This document shows, in pieces, positions 45,117-57,416 of a DNA stretch of 64,000 nucleotides. The translations under genes were made by a program, and so were the position numbers. Within the stretch, counting starts at the first letter, position 1; every line of letters starts with the position of its first letter. This stretch comes from Blastocladiella emersonii ATCC 22665. Taxonomy: Eukaryota; Fungi; Blastocladiomycota. The notes under the pieces were generated by a model. That model did not search any database. It was not told the DNA's origin and was given only the letters and a program-made list of their open reading frames with translations. Where the stretch lies: NCBI GenBank assembly GCA_025594325.1, contig JANHCV010000006.1:1-64000 (forward strand), read 5' to 3'.

Positions 45117-46112
45117 GGTGTCGATGCGTTGGTGGTGGAAGCGCTGGGGAGAGAACGAGGGAGAGAGGGACGGAGGGTTGTGAAGGCCGATCGCGCGAGC
45201 GAGCCGGCCCACGTGTGGTTCACCCGGACCTTCTCCCCCTCTCCCCGATATCCCCTCGTTCATTCATTAGCGTAGTCATGGTTGAGGCAGCAGCCGCGCC
45301 CTCGTCATCGGCCCTTCAACATCGCAAGGTGAGAGGTGAGGGGGTGTCCCTGCAGGCCCTCGCGACGACGGCGGCGGCGGTGCGGCGCGTCGCGTCCGTC
45401 GCCCGCGTCCCGTGATACTTTGACGCGTCGCGGCGCGCGGGAGGGGGACGTCCGCCGTCCGCCACCACGGCGCCCCCCACCCGCCGTCCACCACACTTGT
45501 GCGGGTGGGGGACCCGCGCCAGATTACATCTCGTATACCCACCCCGCCCATCGAGCAGACCGCCGAACCTCGTTCATTCATGGAGCCCACGCTGCCGAGT
45601 TCCCCCACCACCACGCTCCCCTCCCGACTCTGAGCAACGTCCGCGCCGACCGACCACTGCTCGGCCTGCGACCTCGTCGGCCGCGCATCCGTCCCCTGTG
45701 TGCAGGGCCCGCTCCGGGGCACCTCCCTCCCTCGCCACCACCTTCCCCGCCTGGATCCGCGGGCCGCCCGGCCTGATCCGCCAGCCTCGCTCGCATCGGA
45801 GGGCCGACCGTCGCGACCGCAGCACGTCGAATTCGCCCGCGCGGCCGCCGCTCGCTCGCGTGAGTGCGTTCATAGCCACCGCGGCGCGTGCGCCACTTTC
45901 GCCGCACCGAACCGCCTCGTCGCCACCGCCTGCTTCGCCTCCCTCCCCCTCCCCCGCACTCCTCCATACCCCCTCACTCTGCGACGTAATCAACATCGCA
46001 CACGCGCCGACTTGACGCATCGACCCGCCGAGCTGCCGCTGCGCCCACCTACGACTCCGCCACGACGCATTCTCGGACCCCCGCCATCGACACCGCCGCC
46101 GCCAACAACGCC

Positions 46113-48941
46113 ATGAGCGTGCCCCTGCCCATCATCCCGCCGGGCCACGACCCGCCACCCGCCGCCGTGTCTGCGGCACCACCTGCGCTGTCGGTCGCCA
46201 CCACCTCGCCCGCCGCAACAGGCACCGCCGGCGCCGTGAACCCGCTCGGCAGCCCGCCCAAGTCGCCGGTCCCCGGCAGCCCCGGGCTCAACTTTGCCAA
46301 GCTCGCCATGCAGCGCAACTACTCGAACGAGTTCCCGCCCGCCCCGCCTGCCTCCTCGGGCCCTTCCGCGTCGCCCACCGGCGGCACCGGGTCCTCGGGC
46401 CTGCGCAACGGCACCGTGCCCGTGGTCCACCACTCGAGCTCGGCGGGGTCGCTGCCGAGCGTCGGTTCCTCGTCGCCCGCGTCCGTGCACTCGATCGAGA
46501 GCGCCCCCGAGATCAGCTCGGGCTCGTCGCCGCTCGTCCCGCCCGCCCTCACGCTGTCGGGCGTGTTCGGGACCGGCGGTGGGGGACCGCCGTCGCCCTT
46601 CTCCCCGCCACCAACGCTGCCGCCGTCGGCGCTCGGCGGTGCGTCCGGCACCATGTCGCTCGCCGAGTTCATGCGCGACGACCGGTTCCCGCGCAGGCAG
46701 CGGAAATACTTTCTCGCCCTCCAGCGGCTCGAGGAGACGTACTCGCCCGACGCCAAGCTGCAGCCGATCAAGGTCAAAAAGGGTGCGTTGCGCGCGCGTG
46801 GATTGGTGGTCGGCGCCTGTGTACTGACGCGTTCTCGCAACGTAGACAAAAAGTCGAGCAGCAGCGACGGGTCCGGGTCCGGCGCCATGAACAAGCTGTC
46901 CAACCTGCTCGGCAAGAAGAAGAACCGGCAAAAGACCGTCAACAGTACGCGTCCCTCTCACGCGCGCTCATCGCACCACATCTAACCGAATCCCAACGCG
47001 TGTAGGCCAGTTCCACATGCTCCGGATCGCCATCATGGAGGAGCGCCAGGACACGGCCATCGACGTGCTCGAGCAGCTGCCGAGCGCCACCATCAAGAAG
47101 AAGCGGCCCGACGAGGTCAACCACCTGTTCCTGCTCGCCCTCGCCAAGCGCATGGAGCGCCTGTGCATGAAGATGTTCGACAAGGGCTACCCCGCCGACG
47201 TCAACGCACCCATCTTCCTGCCCAACGTCACCAAGGGCGAGGCGCCCAAGTTCGGGTTCCCGAGTTTCTTCCTCCTCGCTATCGGGTTCGGGCTCAATAA
47301 CCTCGCCACTGCCATGATGAAGGTACGTCCCGTGAACTATAGCGAGGCGGGCGGCACCCAATGACGCGTACCCCCAAACGAGTGTAGAAGGCCAACGTGC
47401 AGCAGTCGTGGTACGGTCTGACGCCATTACTCCTGGCGTGCTCGGGCGGCACCTCGGGCCGCGCCTCGCTCGGGCTCGTGACGCAGCTGCTGGCCATGGG
47501 CGCGAACCCGGCCGCGGGCATCCCGCTCGAGCAGTACCAGGTGCACAAGAAGCTGCGCCCGAAACCCGCGCGCATCCGGACCATGCCGCACCACCAGGCC
47601 AACGGCAGCGACTTTGGCGCGTACTCGCCCATGCCCGCGACTGTGCCCGCCGGGATCAGCCGCGCGGCGTCGTTCGCGGACGGCTCGTTTGGCGGCGCCG
47701 TGACCACGTCCATCTGCCCGCTCGGCCAGTACGGGCAGGCCGCGGGGGCCGCGGTCCTCGAGACCCCCGAACGCGTCGGCGCGTGGAGCAAGGGTAAGAT
47801 GGTGTACCCGCTCGATGTAGCCGCGGCCGCCGAGCAGGGCGAGGTGCTCCAGCTGCTCCTCCGCAAGCTCGAGCAGCGGCGCGTCCGCGACTCGGCGCTG
47901 TGCTTCCTCGCGCAGCAGAACTTTGCCGTCACGATGCAGCTGTGGAAGAATGGCGGGAACGCGATGCAGCGTGACTGGGGGTATGTTCTCTGCGTCTAGT
48001 TATCCCGGTGCTGGACTGACTCTCGACCGCGGTATAGACAAATGACGGGCCTGCACATTGCGTCGCGGCTCGGGCTCATCGAGCTCGTGTACGTGTACCT
48101 CGAGATGCGCGTGGATGCCAACACGCCGGGCGAGAACGGGTGGACGCCGCTGCAGGAGGCCGTGAGCCAGCGGCACCGCGACACGGCGCGCATGCTGTCC
48201 CGGCGCGGCGCGCGGGCCGACGACCGCAACCAGGCAGGCGATTCCGCCCACGACGTCGCGCGCCGCGTCGGGCTGTCCCCTGCCGAGGCCGCCGAGTACT
48301 TTGCGACGGACGCGACGCCCGAGGAGGCCGCGCGCGACGCGGCGATCGCCGAGCGGGTCGCGGCCGCGCTCATGAACTCGCCCGTGCACTCGGTCGCGGG
48401 CAGCGCCGACGTGCTCCCCGGGGCCTCCGGCAGCATCCACAGCAACCTGCGGATCGAGACGGGCAGCGTCAAGTCGCTGCGCAAGCGGTCCGAGTCGCTG
48501 CCGAGCTACGGCGCCGGGTCACACGCGACGGTGCTCGCGTCGTCAGGCCTGCCGAGCCCGCTGTCCGACTCGTCGAGCGCGTCGTCGGGCGGGTCGTCCG
48601 GGTCGCCCACGGGGCACCACGGCCACCACGCGCGCGCCACCAGCGACGCGGCCGCGCACTCCGGGATCGCCGGTAAGACCAAGAAGAAGCGCAGCGGGAC
48701 CATGGACAAGTTTGCGATGCTGCGGCAGTCCATGTTCTCGTCAAGCTCGTCCTCGAGCAACGCGGCGGCAGCGGCCAGCAGCGCGTCCGAGCTCCCGCCC
48801 ATGCCGCGCAGCTCGTCGATGCACGCGGCACCGCCCGTCCCGCCCAAAATCGGCGCCGGGAACGCGTCCTCGGTGTCGGCCGCAGCAGCAGCTATGGCCG
48901 AGGCGCCGCCGCGGATCCGGTCGGCGTCGGCCAAGAACTAA
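46113..48941 (+). CDS. Ankyrin-repeat protein with low-complexity termini, ~5 exons
   Basis: Ankyrin motifs GLTPLLLAC, TGLHIASRLG and GWTPLQEAVSQRHRDTARMLSRRGA. GT-AG introns join ORFs 46113, 47017, 47397 and 48042. Confidence 0.8.
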
Positions 48942-49456
48942 GGCCTGCTGTCGTCGTGTCGTAGAACTCGTTGTCGCACCATTGCTCCCCTTTGTCTCTC
49001 TCCTCTCAGTTATAATATTGACCGTTCCGAAGACCCGAAGATACACGTCGATGTAGCGAAGCGCGGAGGTCAAATTTGGTCGCGGAGAAGTGGTGGCGCA
49101 GCTCGTTCTTCGGTTTCGGGGTCCGCGGCTCCGGCTCCGCCCGCACGCGATGCGCGGAACGGGCCGGCCGCGCCGCCCCGACGCGTGATGCAACGCGGTC
49201 ACGCGGCACCTCGGCGCGTGTTCTCGTGCATGAAAAGCGACGCGTCGCCGTCGACACCGTGAAATGGCAAGGCGGCGCGGGCTTCCGGTTCCCTCCGAGC
49301 GCCTCTACGCCGCCGCTGCCGTGGTCGGTGCGCGTGAGTGGTGACGTGCAGCCGTGGCTGGAGGCAGCCGAAGCGGCCGGCGCCGAGTCAGTCGGTCACG
49401 CGTCCGCGCTGAATGCAGAGTGCGCGGCGAGTCCTGCCCGTCCTGCACCCCGCGCG

Positions 49457-49462
49457 TATAAA
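49457..49462 (+). promoter_or_regulatory. TATA box of the isocitrate lyase gene
   Basis: cgTATAAAgcgcg lies ~72 nt upstream of the ATG at 49534. Confidence 0.55.
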
Positions 49463-49533
49463 GCGCGCCCGCGCCCCCGCTACCGCCCCGTCTTCGCTCC
49501 CGCAGTCGGATCGTGTATATCCCACACCCCATA

Positions 49534-51256
49534 ATGTCGCCCATCAACCAGCAGTTCCTCGACGAGGAGGGTATGCACTCGCGACCCTCGCCCGCGTCGT
49601 AGCTTCCACTCACACCCACGGATCGCATGTATCGTAGAGCGCCGCTTCCAGGCCGAGGTGGCCGCCGTCAAGCAGTGGTGGCAGTCGGACCGGTTCGCGC
49701 GCACGACGCGCCCGTACTCTGCCGAGGACGTCGTCAACAAGCGCGGCACGATGCACGTCGAGTACCCGTCCAACGTGCAGGCCAAGAAGCTGTGGGCGCT
49801 GCTCAAGCAGCACAAGGCCAACGGCACGGCCTCGCACACGTTCGGCGCCCTCGACCCCGTGCAGGTCGCGCAGATGGCCAAGTACCTCGAGACCGTCTAC
49901 GTGTCCGGCTGGCAGTGCTCGTCGACGGCGTCGTCGTCCAACGAGCCCGGCCCGGACCTCGCCGACTACCCCATGGACACGGTCCCCAACAAGGTCGACC
50001 AGCTGTTCCGCGCCCAGATGTTCCACGACCGCAAGCAGCGCGCGGCGCGCCTCGCCCTGCCCAAGGCGCAGCGCGGCGCCCAGCCCGCCATCGACTTCCT
50101 GCGGCCCATCATCGCTGACGCCGACACGGGCCACGGCGGCATCACGGCCAACATGAAGCTCGCCAAGATGTTTGTCGAGCGCGGCGCCGCCGGCGTGCAC
50201 GTCGAGGACCAGGCCGCCGGCACCAAGAAGTGCGGCCACATGGCCGGCAAGGTGCTCGTCCCCATCTCGGAGCACATCAACCGCCTCATCGCCATGCGCC
50301 TGCAGTTCGACATCATGGGCACCGACACCCTACTCGTCGCCCGCACCGACGCCGAGGCCGCCACCCTCCTCCAGAACAACATTGACCCGCGCGACCACCC
50401 CTTCATCCTCGGCTGCGCCAACCCCGCGCTCCGCGGCAAGCCCCTCGTCACCGTCATGGACGAGGCCCAGCGCGCCGGCAAGATCGGCGCCGCCCTCGCC
50501 AAGGTCGAGGAGGACTGGACCAACGCGGCGCACCTCAAGACGTACGCCGAGGCGGTCGTCGACGCGATCCAGGCCTCGTCGCGCGCCGACAAGGCGGCCC
50601 TGATTGCGCAGTTCACGGCCAAGGTCAAGTCGGCGTCCAACGCCGAGGCGCGCGCCGCCGCCAAGGTCATCGGCTTCGGCGACGTGTTCTGGTGCTGGGA
50701 CCTGCCGCGCGTGCGCGAGGGCTACTACCGCTACCGCGGCGGAACCCCCGCGTGCATCAACCGCGCCATCGCGTACGCGCCCTACACGGACCTGATCTGG
50801 ATGGAGACGGCCAAGCCGATCCTGTCGCAGGCGCGCGAGTTCTCGTCGGGCGTGCTGGCCGCGGACCCGTCGGTGATGCTCGCCTACAACCTGTCGCCGT
50901 CGTTCAACTGGGACGCGGCGGGTATGTCGGACGACGAGATGCGCACGTTCATTGCCAACCTCGGCAAGCTCGGGTTCGCGTGGCAGTTCATCACGCTCGC
51001 CGGGTTCCACGCCGACGCGCTCGGCATCGACACGTTCGCCCGCGACTACGCGACCCGCGGCATGCTCGCCTACGTCGAGGGCGTCCAGCGCCAGGAGCGC
51101 GCCCGCGGCGTCGAGACGCTCGCCCACCAGAAGTGGTCGGGCGCCGCCTACGTCGACGCCACCATGATGACGGTCCAGGGCGGCGTCTCGTCCACGGCCG
51201 CCATGGGCAAGGGCGTCACCGAGGACCAGTTCGGCGGCAAGAAGGCGGCCCACTAA
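49534..51256 (+). CDS. ICL1: Isocitrate lyase, fungal long type (intron 49571-49637)
   Basis: Catalytic [61 protein letters not shown] and HQKWSGA. Confidence 0.98.
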
Positions 51257-51325
51257 GTAATGCATCCCGGTAGTGGGGTGAGTGTCAGCATAAATACAAA
51301 GTTCATATTGCTACCATCATCCCGC

Positions 51326-52489
51326 TCAAGAGTACTGGCGCGCGCCGCCCTTGGCCAGCTCGTCGGCCGCCTCGTTGCCCGGCAGCCCCGCGTGCGCCTT
51401 GATGTACTCGATGCGCAGCGTGCCCGTGCGCCGGTTCAGCTGCTCGTCGAGGTCCTTGAAGTACTCGACGTTGCTCACGCCCGCGTAGTCGTTGCGGCGC
51501 CAGCTGTGCATCCACGACGACCACGCCTTGACCACGTACTGCGAGTCCGTCTTGATTACCACATCCTCATGCACGGGAACGAGTTTGAGGGCTTCGGTCA
51601 CGGCCTACGATACAGTGAGGGTGAGTGGGCCGGCCGGCCGGCGGGTGAGCGGGGGTGCAAGAGGGGCGGACGGACCTGGATCTCGGCCTTCTGGTTCGAC
51701 GGCTCGTCATTACGCGAAAGCAGGCGCAGCGGCCGCGAGATGTTGCGGCTGTCGCCCGGGCCAAAGTACGCGCCGCTACACACGTCGCGGCAGTCAGTCG
51801 TCAACCCGCGCCGCGTAGTGGGGGAACACGGCGTACATGCCGGCACGCCCGCCGCGCTGCCCGTTGCCCATGCAGCTGCCGTCCGTGTACACGACCGTCG
51901 GGCCCTTGCCGCCGTTGCCGGCGGAAGGGAACGCGGACGCGGCGTACTCGGCCCCCGAGATCGTCGCCGTCGTCCGCCGCGCCGTCGTCGGCTGCACGAG
52001 ATCCGTGGGATCAAACGTCCACGCCGAGACCGCGTAGTGGACGGGCGGATCCGCGGACGACGACGACGAGAGTTTGCTGGTGGAGGGGGTGGGGCGCGAG
52101 TACGGCGTGCTGCGCGACGACGACGACGAGCTGGTACCGCTGCTACGACTGGTCGAGGCCGAGACGCCGCTGCCGCTGGCGAACGCGGCGGCCTCGGCGT
52201 GCGACGTGAACTTCTTGAACACGGGCCCCGAGAAACCCTTGACCTGGGCCTCGCACGCGGCCCACGTCGTGAACACGCCCGTCTTGCGCCCGCGCTGCAC
52301 CGCGTAGTAGGCGCCACTGCTGCTCCCGCTGGTGGAGGTGGAGGAGGTGGTGGTGGTTTTGCTTCTCGAAGACGACCCGCGCGGCATGGTGCTGGTTACG
52401 AAGCGGTGGTGGTGGCGGTGCTGACTGACGGCGTCGGCGGCGGCGAGCAGGCGCAGTGCGCCTCGAGTCAGCCGGTGTGCGTGGTACAT
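51326..52489 (-). CDS. RNH1: Ribonuclease H1 with hybrid-binding domain, 3 exons
   Basis: [37 protein letters not shown]. Catalytic [23 protein letters not shown] and [15 protein letters not shown]. Confidence 0.95.
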
Positions 52490-53016
52490 GGTGGCGGCGA
52501 ATGGTTGCGGGGAGTCGCATGCATGCGCAGAGGGAGGGAGATCGGCAGGGTCCGTACGGGATAAGAGTGTGCAAGGAAGCTGCTGATGAGGTAGGTGCGC
52601 GACGGGTGCACCGAGTCAGCCACACGGGTCAAGCTACATGAAAGGGGGGTCGTTGGTCGAAGCGGAGAGGGAGAGGCGGGAGAAGCGGCTGGCGAGAGGG
52701 AGGGCGAGGGGTGGGCAGGGCCGGCTGGGGGACTCCGGCGAAAGCGGTCAGGGGGCGGCGGTGCCACCGCGCGCACGGTCCGAGGTCGCGACGCGCCACT
52801 TCGGGTCCTAAGCCCGAGGGAGGGATCTGGCGCAGGATCCGGCGCGCAAGATAGACGTCGCTATTGATCGAACGAGATCGATAGCCTGACCAGGACTTGC
52901 CGCAAGAGAGATGAGCTTTGCAGGACTCTCGCTGACCGCGCTCGCGGGGGCGGCCCGACCATGACGCTTCGCGGGAACCCCCGCTCGAGAACTCGCACTG
53001 GAACCCCGCCAAGCGC

Positions 53017-53926
53017 GTGCTATCGGACCCGAAGCTCGCGGCGTGGTGGATGGGCGTGATTGACGAGGCGCTGCGGCTCGCAGAAGCGGGCGAGGGGGCG
53101 AAGCGGTTTGCATACTTCCCCGGCGGCGGCGCGCGCGCCCTGCCCGGATGGACTGCCGGTGTGCCGTACCCACTCGCCGCGCGCCCGCGCGACGTCGTCC
53201 CGCTGCTCCCCGACCACGAGCTCGGCCGGCTCGTTCACGAGGCCGAGGCCTCGCAGGACGTCGCGACAGTCCGCGAGTTGCTGGTGCTGTGGGACGGGAT
53301 CGCGGAGATGAAGGGCGAGCAGCCGGGGTGCCTCACCGTGACTGTCCCGGCAGGCTCGGCGCGCGAGGGTGTCGAGGAGACGAATGCAGTGGTGGAGAAG
53401 ACGGTAGCGGACGAGGTCTTTGTTAAGATCCTCAACGCGCTCGCGCAGGCCGATTTCCGCGCCGCTGACGTCGAGGAGACGGTCAAGGTCATGGCGCCCG
53501 TGCTCGACGCGATCCGCGGCGCGGCGGTGGCGGGCGTCCGCATCGAAGGGGCGCCGATCGTCGCCGTTCCGCTGTCGACGACGCCATCGGCCGCTGCCGC
53601 GAGATCCAGCTCGTCGACTGCTGCCGCCGCGCCCATGAACCTCAACAGCCTGATCAAGAAGAAGCCGACTACAGCAAGTGGTACGATCATGCTCGCCGCG
53701 TTCTGCACACGAAGCTCGACTCACTGGCCCTTTTGTGTAAGCAGGGCCTGTCGTCAACCAGCTGGGCAGCTCGCTGATCAAGCGCAAGGCGCCCTCGTCA
53801 TCGTCGTCGTCCACCACAGAGCCGACCTCGACAGCGGCTCCCGCCAACCCCGCCGCAGCTGTACCCGCAAGCGAGTCGGGTCCGGAAAGCGCGCGGCCGG
53901 CGAAGCGGGCCAGGACCTCGTCATGA
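53017..53926 (+). CDS. Hypothetical nuclear protein, 5' end unresolved, with a NASP/Hif1-like C-terminal tail (intron ~53681-53744)
   Basis: The spliced tail APMNLNSLIKKKPTTASGPVVNQLGSSLIKRKAP...PAKRARTSS* has two NxLxxLIKKK repeats plus an NLS. No clear start codon was found. Confidence 0.45.
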
Positions 53927-54393
53927 GAACGGAGTGTCCGGAATCATCAACGGAATACAGAGTTGCTCCCCCGAACAGGACGGCCCCATCGACACGTTCG
54001 CGTGCACCGTTGATGGTCGCCGCTGATCAGTCACTGGTCACGAAACCCGCGGGATGACTGAGCCCGCGCGGAACTGTAAGGCCGAGCATGCGTGCGTGCG
54101 TGCGTGCCAACTAGCGAGAAGCAAGCCTGCGCAAGAGACGCGTCGCGATATCACGTTTGTCTCGCAGCGACGCGATGCGCCACGCGCTCGCTCCGACTCA
54201 CTCAGACATGGATGGTGCAGGTAACCAGGAGGACTTGCGCAACTGAGCTCTGGCGTATATTTTATAAACCCAGTGAGCTCACCACCGGCGTGTGGGCGTG
54301 AGATTGGGATATCCCGATACCCATCCCGAAAGAGCGACGCGGGTGAAACGTGACGCGTCCGCCCGCGCGCCGATTGACGCTTTCGCGCGCGCG

Positions 54394-56785
54394 ATGCACT
54401 TTGCCTCGTCTCGAAAGGCCCCCTGCACACGTACTCGCATGAATCAGACCGCGGCACTTGACGCAATGCATTCCTCGCACCAGACGGGTCTCGTCCTCCC
54501 GCCCGACGTCCTCGAGCGCGTCATCGCCATCGCCACGCCGCGGACGGCGCCCGTGGCCGCTTCGCGCGCGATCCGCACGGTCTTTGCGCCCGGCACCATC
54601 CACCTGGCTTGGCTCCGCCGCGTGGCTGTCCGCGAAAACGCTTCGCGCGGTGCTCGGCCCAAGTGGTCAAACCGCAGCGTGCCCATCCGGACCGACATGG
54701 GCATGTACCTGAGCCGGCGCTTACAGGACAACCGCGCGGCCGCTGCTTTGGCTGCTGCTGCTGCTGCACAAGAGGACGACGGGACCGACACTACCAATGT
54801 CACTGCCGCTCAGCTCACCGTCCCGCCGCACCCGTTCACACGAGGCTTACTCGAACGCCTCGTGCTCGACGCGCTCAAGGACGCCCAGCAGCGCGGCTTG
54901 GATGGCAGCGACGGCGCGGTAGCGGCGTGGATTGACCACGTCGCCTCGCTGAAAGAAGCCGCCGGCGCAGCCCCCGAGGGTGCCGCGGCGTGGCATCCGC
55001 TCGTCATGCTCCTGCAAGCGGCCATGTTCCTCGGGCTCATTGGCGATCTCGACCTCCTCGAGCATCTCATTTCGAGCCTCGCCGTGCGACTCGGCTCGTT
55101 CCATCCTTGGACGTGCCGTATGATCGATCTTTTCCACTTTTCGCCCGAATGGAACTTCAAGCTGACCGGCCATCTCCTCGCTTGGTCAAACTCGCAGCAG
55201 CAGACCAACTCGGGCCCCGCCTTCCCTACGCTCGGTCTAGTGCCGTACTTTGCCGCGCGCGCTGTGCTCCAGTGGGATTTTGCGGCCGTCGAGCGCTTCG
55301 CGAAGCAGCCGTTTGGACTCGATTTTCGCTCCATCCTCGACCACATCTCGAGCGAGCCCGCGGCCAAGCTTCTCGAACTATACTCGGCCGAAAAACACGT
55401 GCGGACCGAGGCGATCCTTGCCCAGCTGCGCTGGCTCGAGTCGCGCGGGTGGACCATCTGCCGCGCCACGTTCCCCACTTGCGCCGAGCTGTTCTTTGCC
55501 CGCAAGGATCTGGCGCTCATGGCCGAGGCCTTCCGCATGTTTGACCGCGCGAGTCCGGCACTGAGCGACGCGGCGCGGACAAAGTTTGAGCGGCGTCTTG
55601 CAGACCGCCTCAATAGCACTTATGTCGGCGTGGACGAGCTGCAGCGGCTCGAGGATGCCGGCCTCCGGTCGTACCCCGTACTGAGGCAGCAGCTGAAGGA
55701 CGCGCTGCGCCGTTGCGACCGCACTATGCTTGGCTTTGCCGAGGAGGTCCTTGATCCGGACCGATACCAGCTCGACGTCACGCAGGGTACGCTACGCTCT
55801 CGCCTTCTACTCTCCGCTCCTGCCGGCCAGGTCGTCTTGGGCCGAGACCGAGTATGGACGACGACGACGAAGGCCTTGCCCTCACTCTCTCACTCTCACT
55901 CTCACTCTCACTCTCGATCGTGACTCATTTACTCACTCACGCACGCACGCACCACCCGGCCCGACCCGCCGAATAGCCCTGCAGGCCGTCCGCAAGTTTG
56001 ACGAGCTCGAGCCGATTTGCCTCGGGCTCTCGCTTGCCCTCGCGGTCAATGGTAGCTACGACGGCTACTTTCGAAACGACGCGCGCAATGCCGGCCGAAT
56101 CCTCGCAGCCTTTCCAACCATGACGCAGACGCTGCTCAGCCCGCCGCACTCGCACGACCCCGCGGCCATCTTCTTTGGCCTCTTCTCGGTCGCCACGTCC
56201 TGCCCGAGTATCCCGCAATCCGAGGCGGCGCTGCATCTTGCGGAACTCACCGTGTACGTGCTCAACCACCCGGAGCATCACGCGCGCGCGCTGTCCCTGA
56301 TCGGCGGCGACGGTCGCGGTGTCGAGGACGAGCACGGAGATGATGTTGAAGCAAAGGCTGCCAGCTTCTACGTCGAGCTCTTGCTCCTCAAGCACGAGTG
56401 GTGCGCGCACGCCTACTCGGTCGCCGACCTCGATGTGACGCTGCACCCGGACGCACCCGTCGGGTGGACCGCGTGGCAGTTCGCGCTCCACGCCATCCTC
56501 ACCAGTTACCCGGCGGCGCTCGGCCGGGCCAGGTACGGCACACTGGGCGCCCCGTGGCGGAGCTGCTTTGCGACGGACGGCGCGTTGCACGCGCGACTCG
56601 CGGCCGAGGCCGCGCAGCCCGACGAATACGCGCAGACGATGAAGACGCGGACGCTCTTGTGCAAGCTTCTGGTCATGGTCGACTCGCAGTGGGTGTGCGA
56701 CGAGCTGCTCCGGCTCACGGCGGCGAGTCCCTGGTGGAAGACGGCGCTTGTGCCAGCGCGTTACCGGCCCGTTATCGCAGAGTAG
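54394..56785 (+). CDS. Hypothetical ~730-aa protein with an F-box-like N-terminal motif (intron 55788-55976)
   Basis: LVLPPDVLERVIAIA resembles the F-box start. The CAG G|gtacgc...tag|CC CTG splice joins ORFs 54292 and 55730 in frame. The start codon is uncertain. Confidence 0.6.
55881..55915 (+). repeat. (CTCACT)n-type intronic microsatellite
   Basis: ctcactctctcactctcactctcactctcactctc was read directly. Confidence 0.85.
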
Positions 56786-57416
56786 AGAGCGAGATAAACG
56801 CGGTTTGCATCATCGTGCGGGAGGGAAGTGAGGACCCTGAGCCGAGCCGAGGACGCAGCGTGAGACGGCGTGCGAGACGCGACGATCAAACACGTGAGGC
56901 GGCGGCGCCACGCGTTCCCACTCGGCGACCTGCGCCGCGACTCGCCGGAGCGGCGCAACCCCGACCTTTTCTCTCGCCCGCTGCAAGAGCGATATCGCCA
57001 GCCACACACATGTATCGCAGGAGACGCTCAGCGCCCCGAGCCGCAGCGCAGCCCCCGCGCGAGGCCGACCAGTCGCTCGCGCGCCCCGACCGGCGGCGGC
57101 GCCACGGCCGACCCGTTGACCGCCGGTGGGGGACTATGGCGTGACCGTCCCCCACCGCCGGGCACCCGCAAAAGTCGCGCCACGCATCGGCCCGCTCCCA
57201 CGCGGTCGGCGCCGTGCGGACGCCTGCGTGGCGGCGGCCGACTCGTCTCCGCCCCGCACCGGGTTCCTGCCGCCCTCTTCACCATCGCAGCGATAGAAGC
57301 GAGATCTCGCACTGCACTGTACTACTACCGACTCTTGCACACACACACTTGCTCGCCCGCCCGCCCGCCCGCCCGCCCGCCCGCCCAACACACCCGTCCG
57401 GCGCCCCGACCGACCG

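Noticed and set aside
45278-45328. Possible upstream exon MVEAAAAPSSSALQHRK|GTGAGA of the ankyrin gene
   Set aside because: I could not find a matching in-frame acceptor near 46113, so it is left unassigned pending RNA data.
51236-51340. Peroxisomal PTS1 or readthrough-derived PTS1 on isocitrate lyase
   Set aside because: The C-terminus is KKAAH*, which is not SKL-like, and the frame after TAA gives no short PTS1-ending extension.
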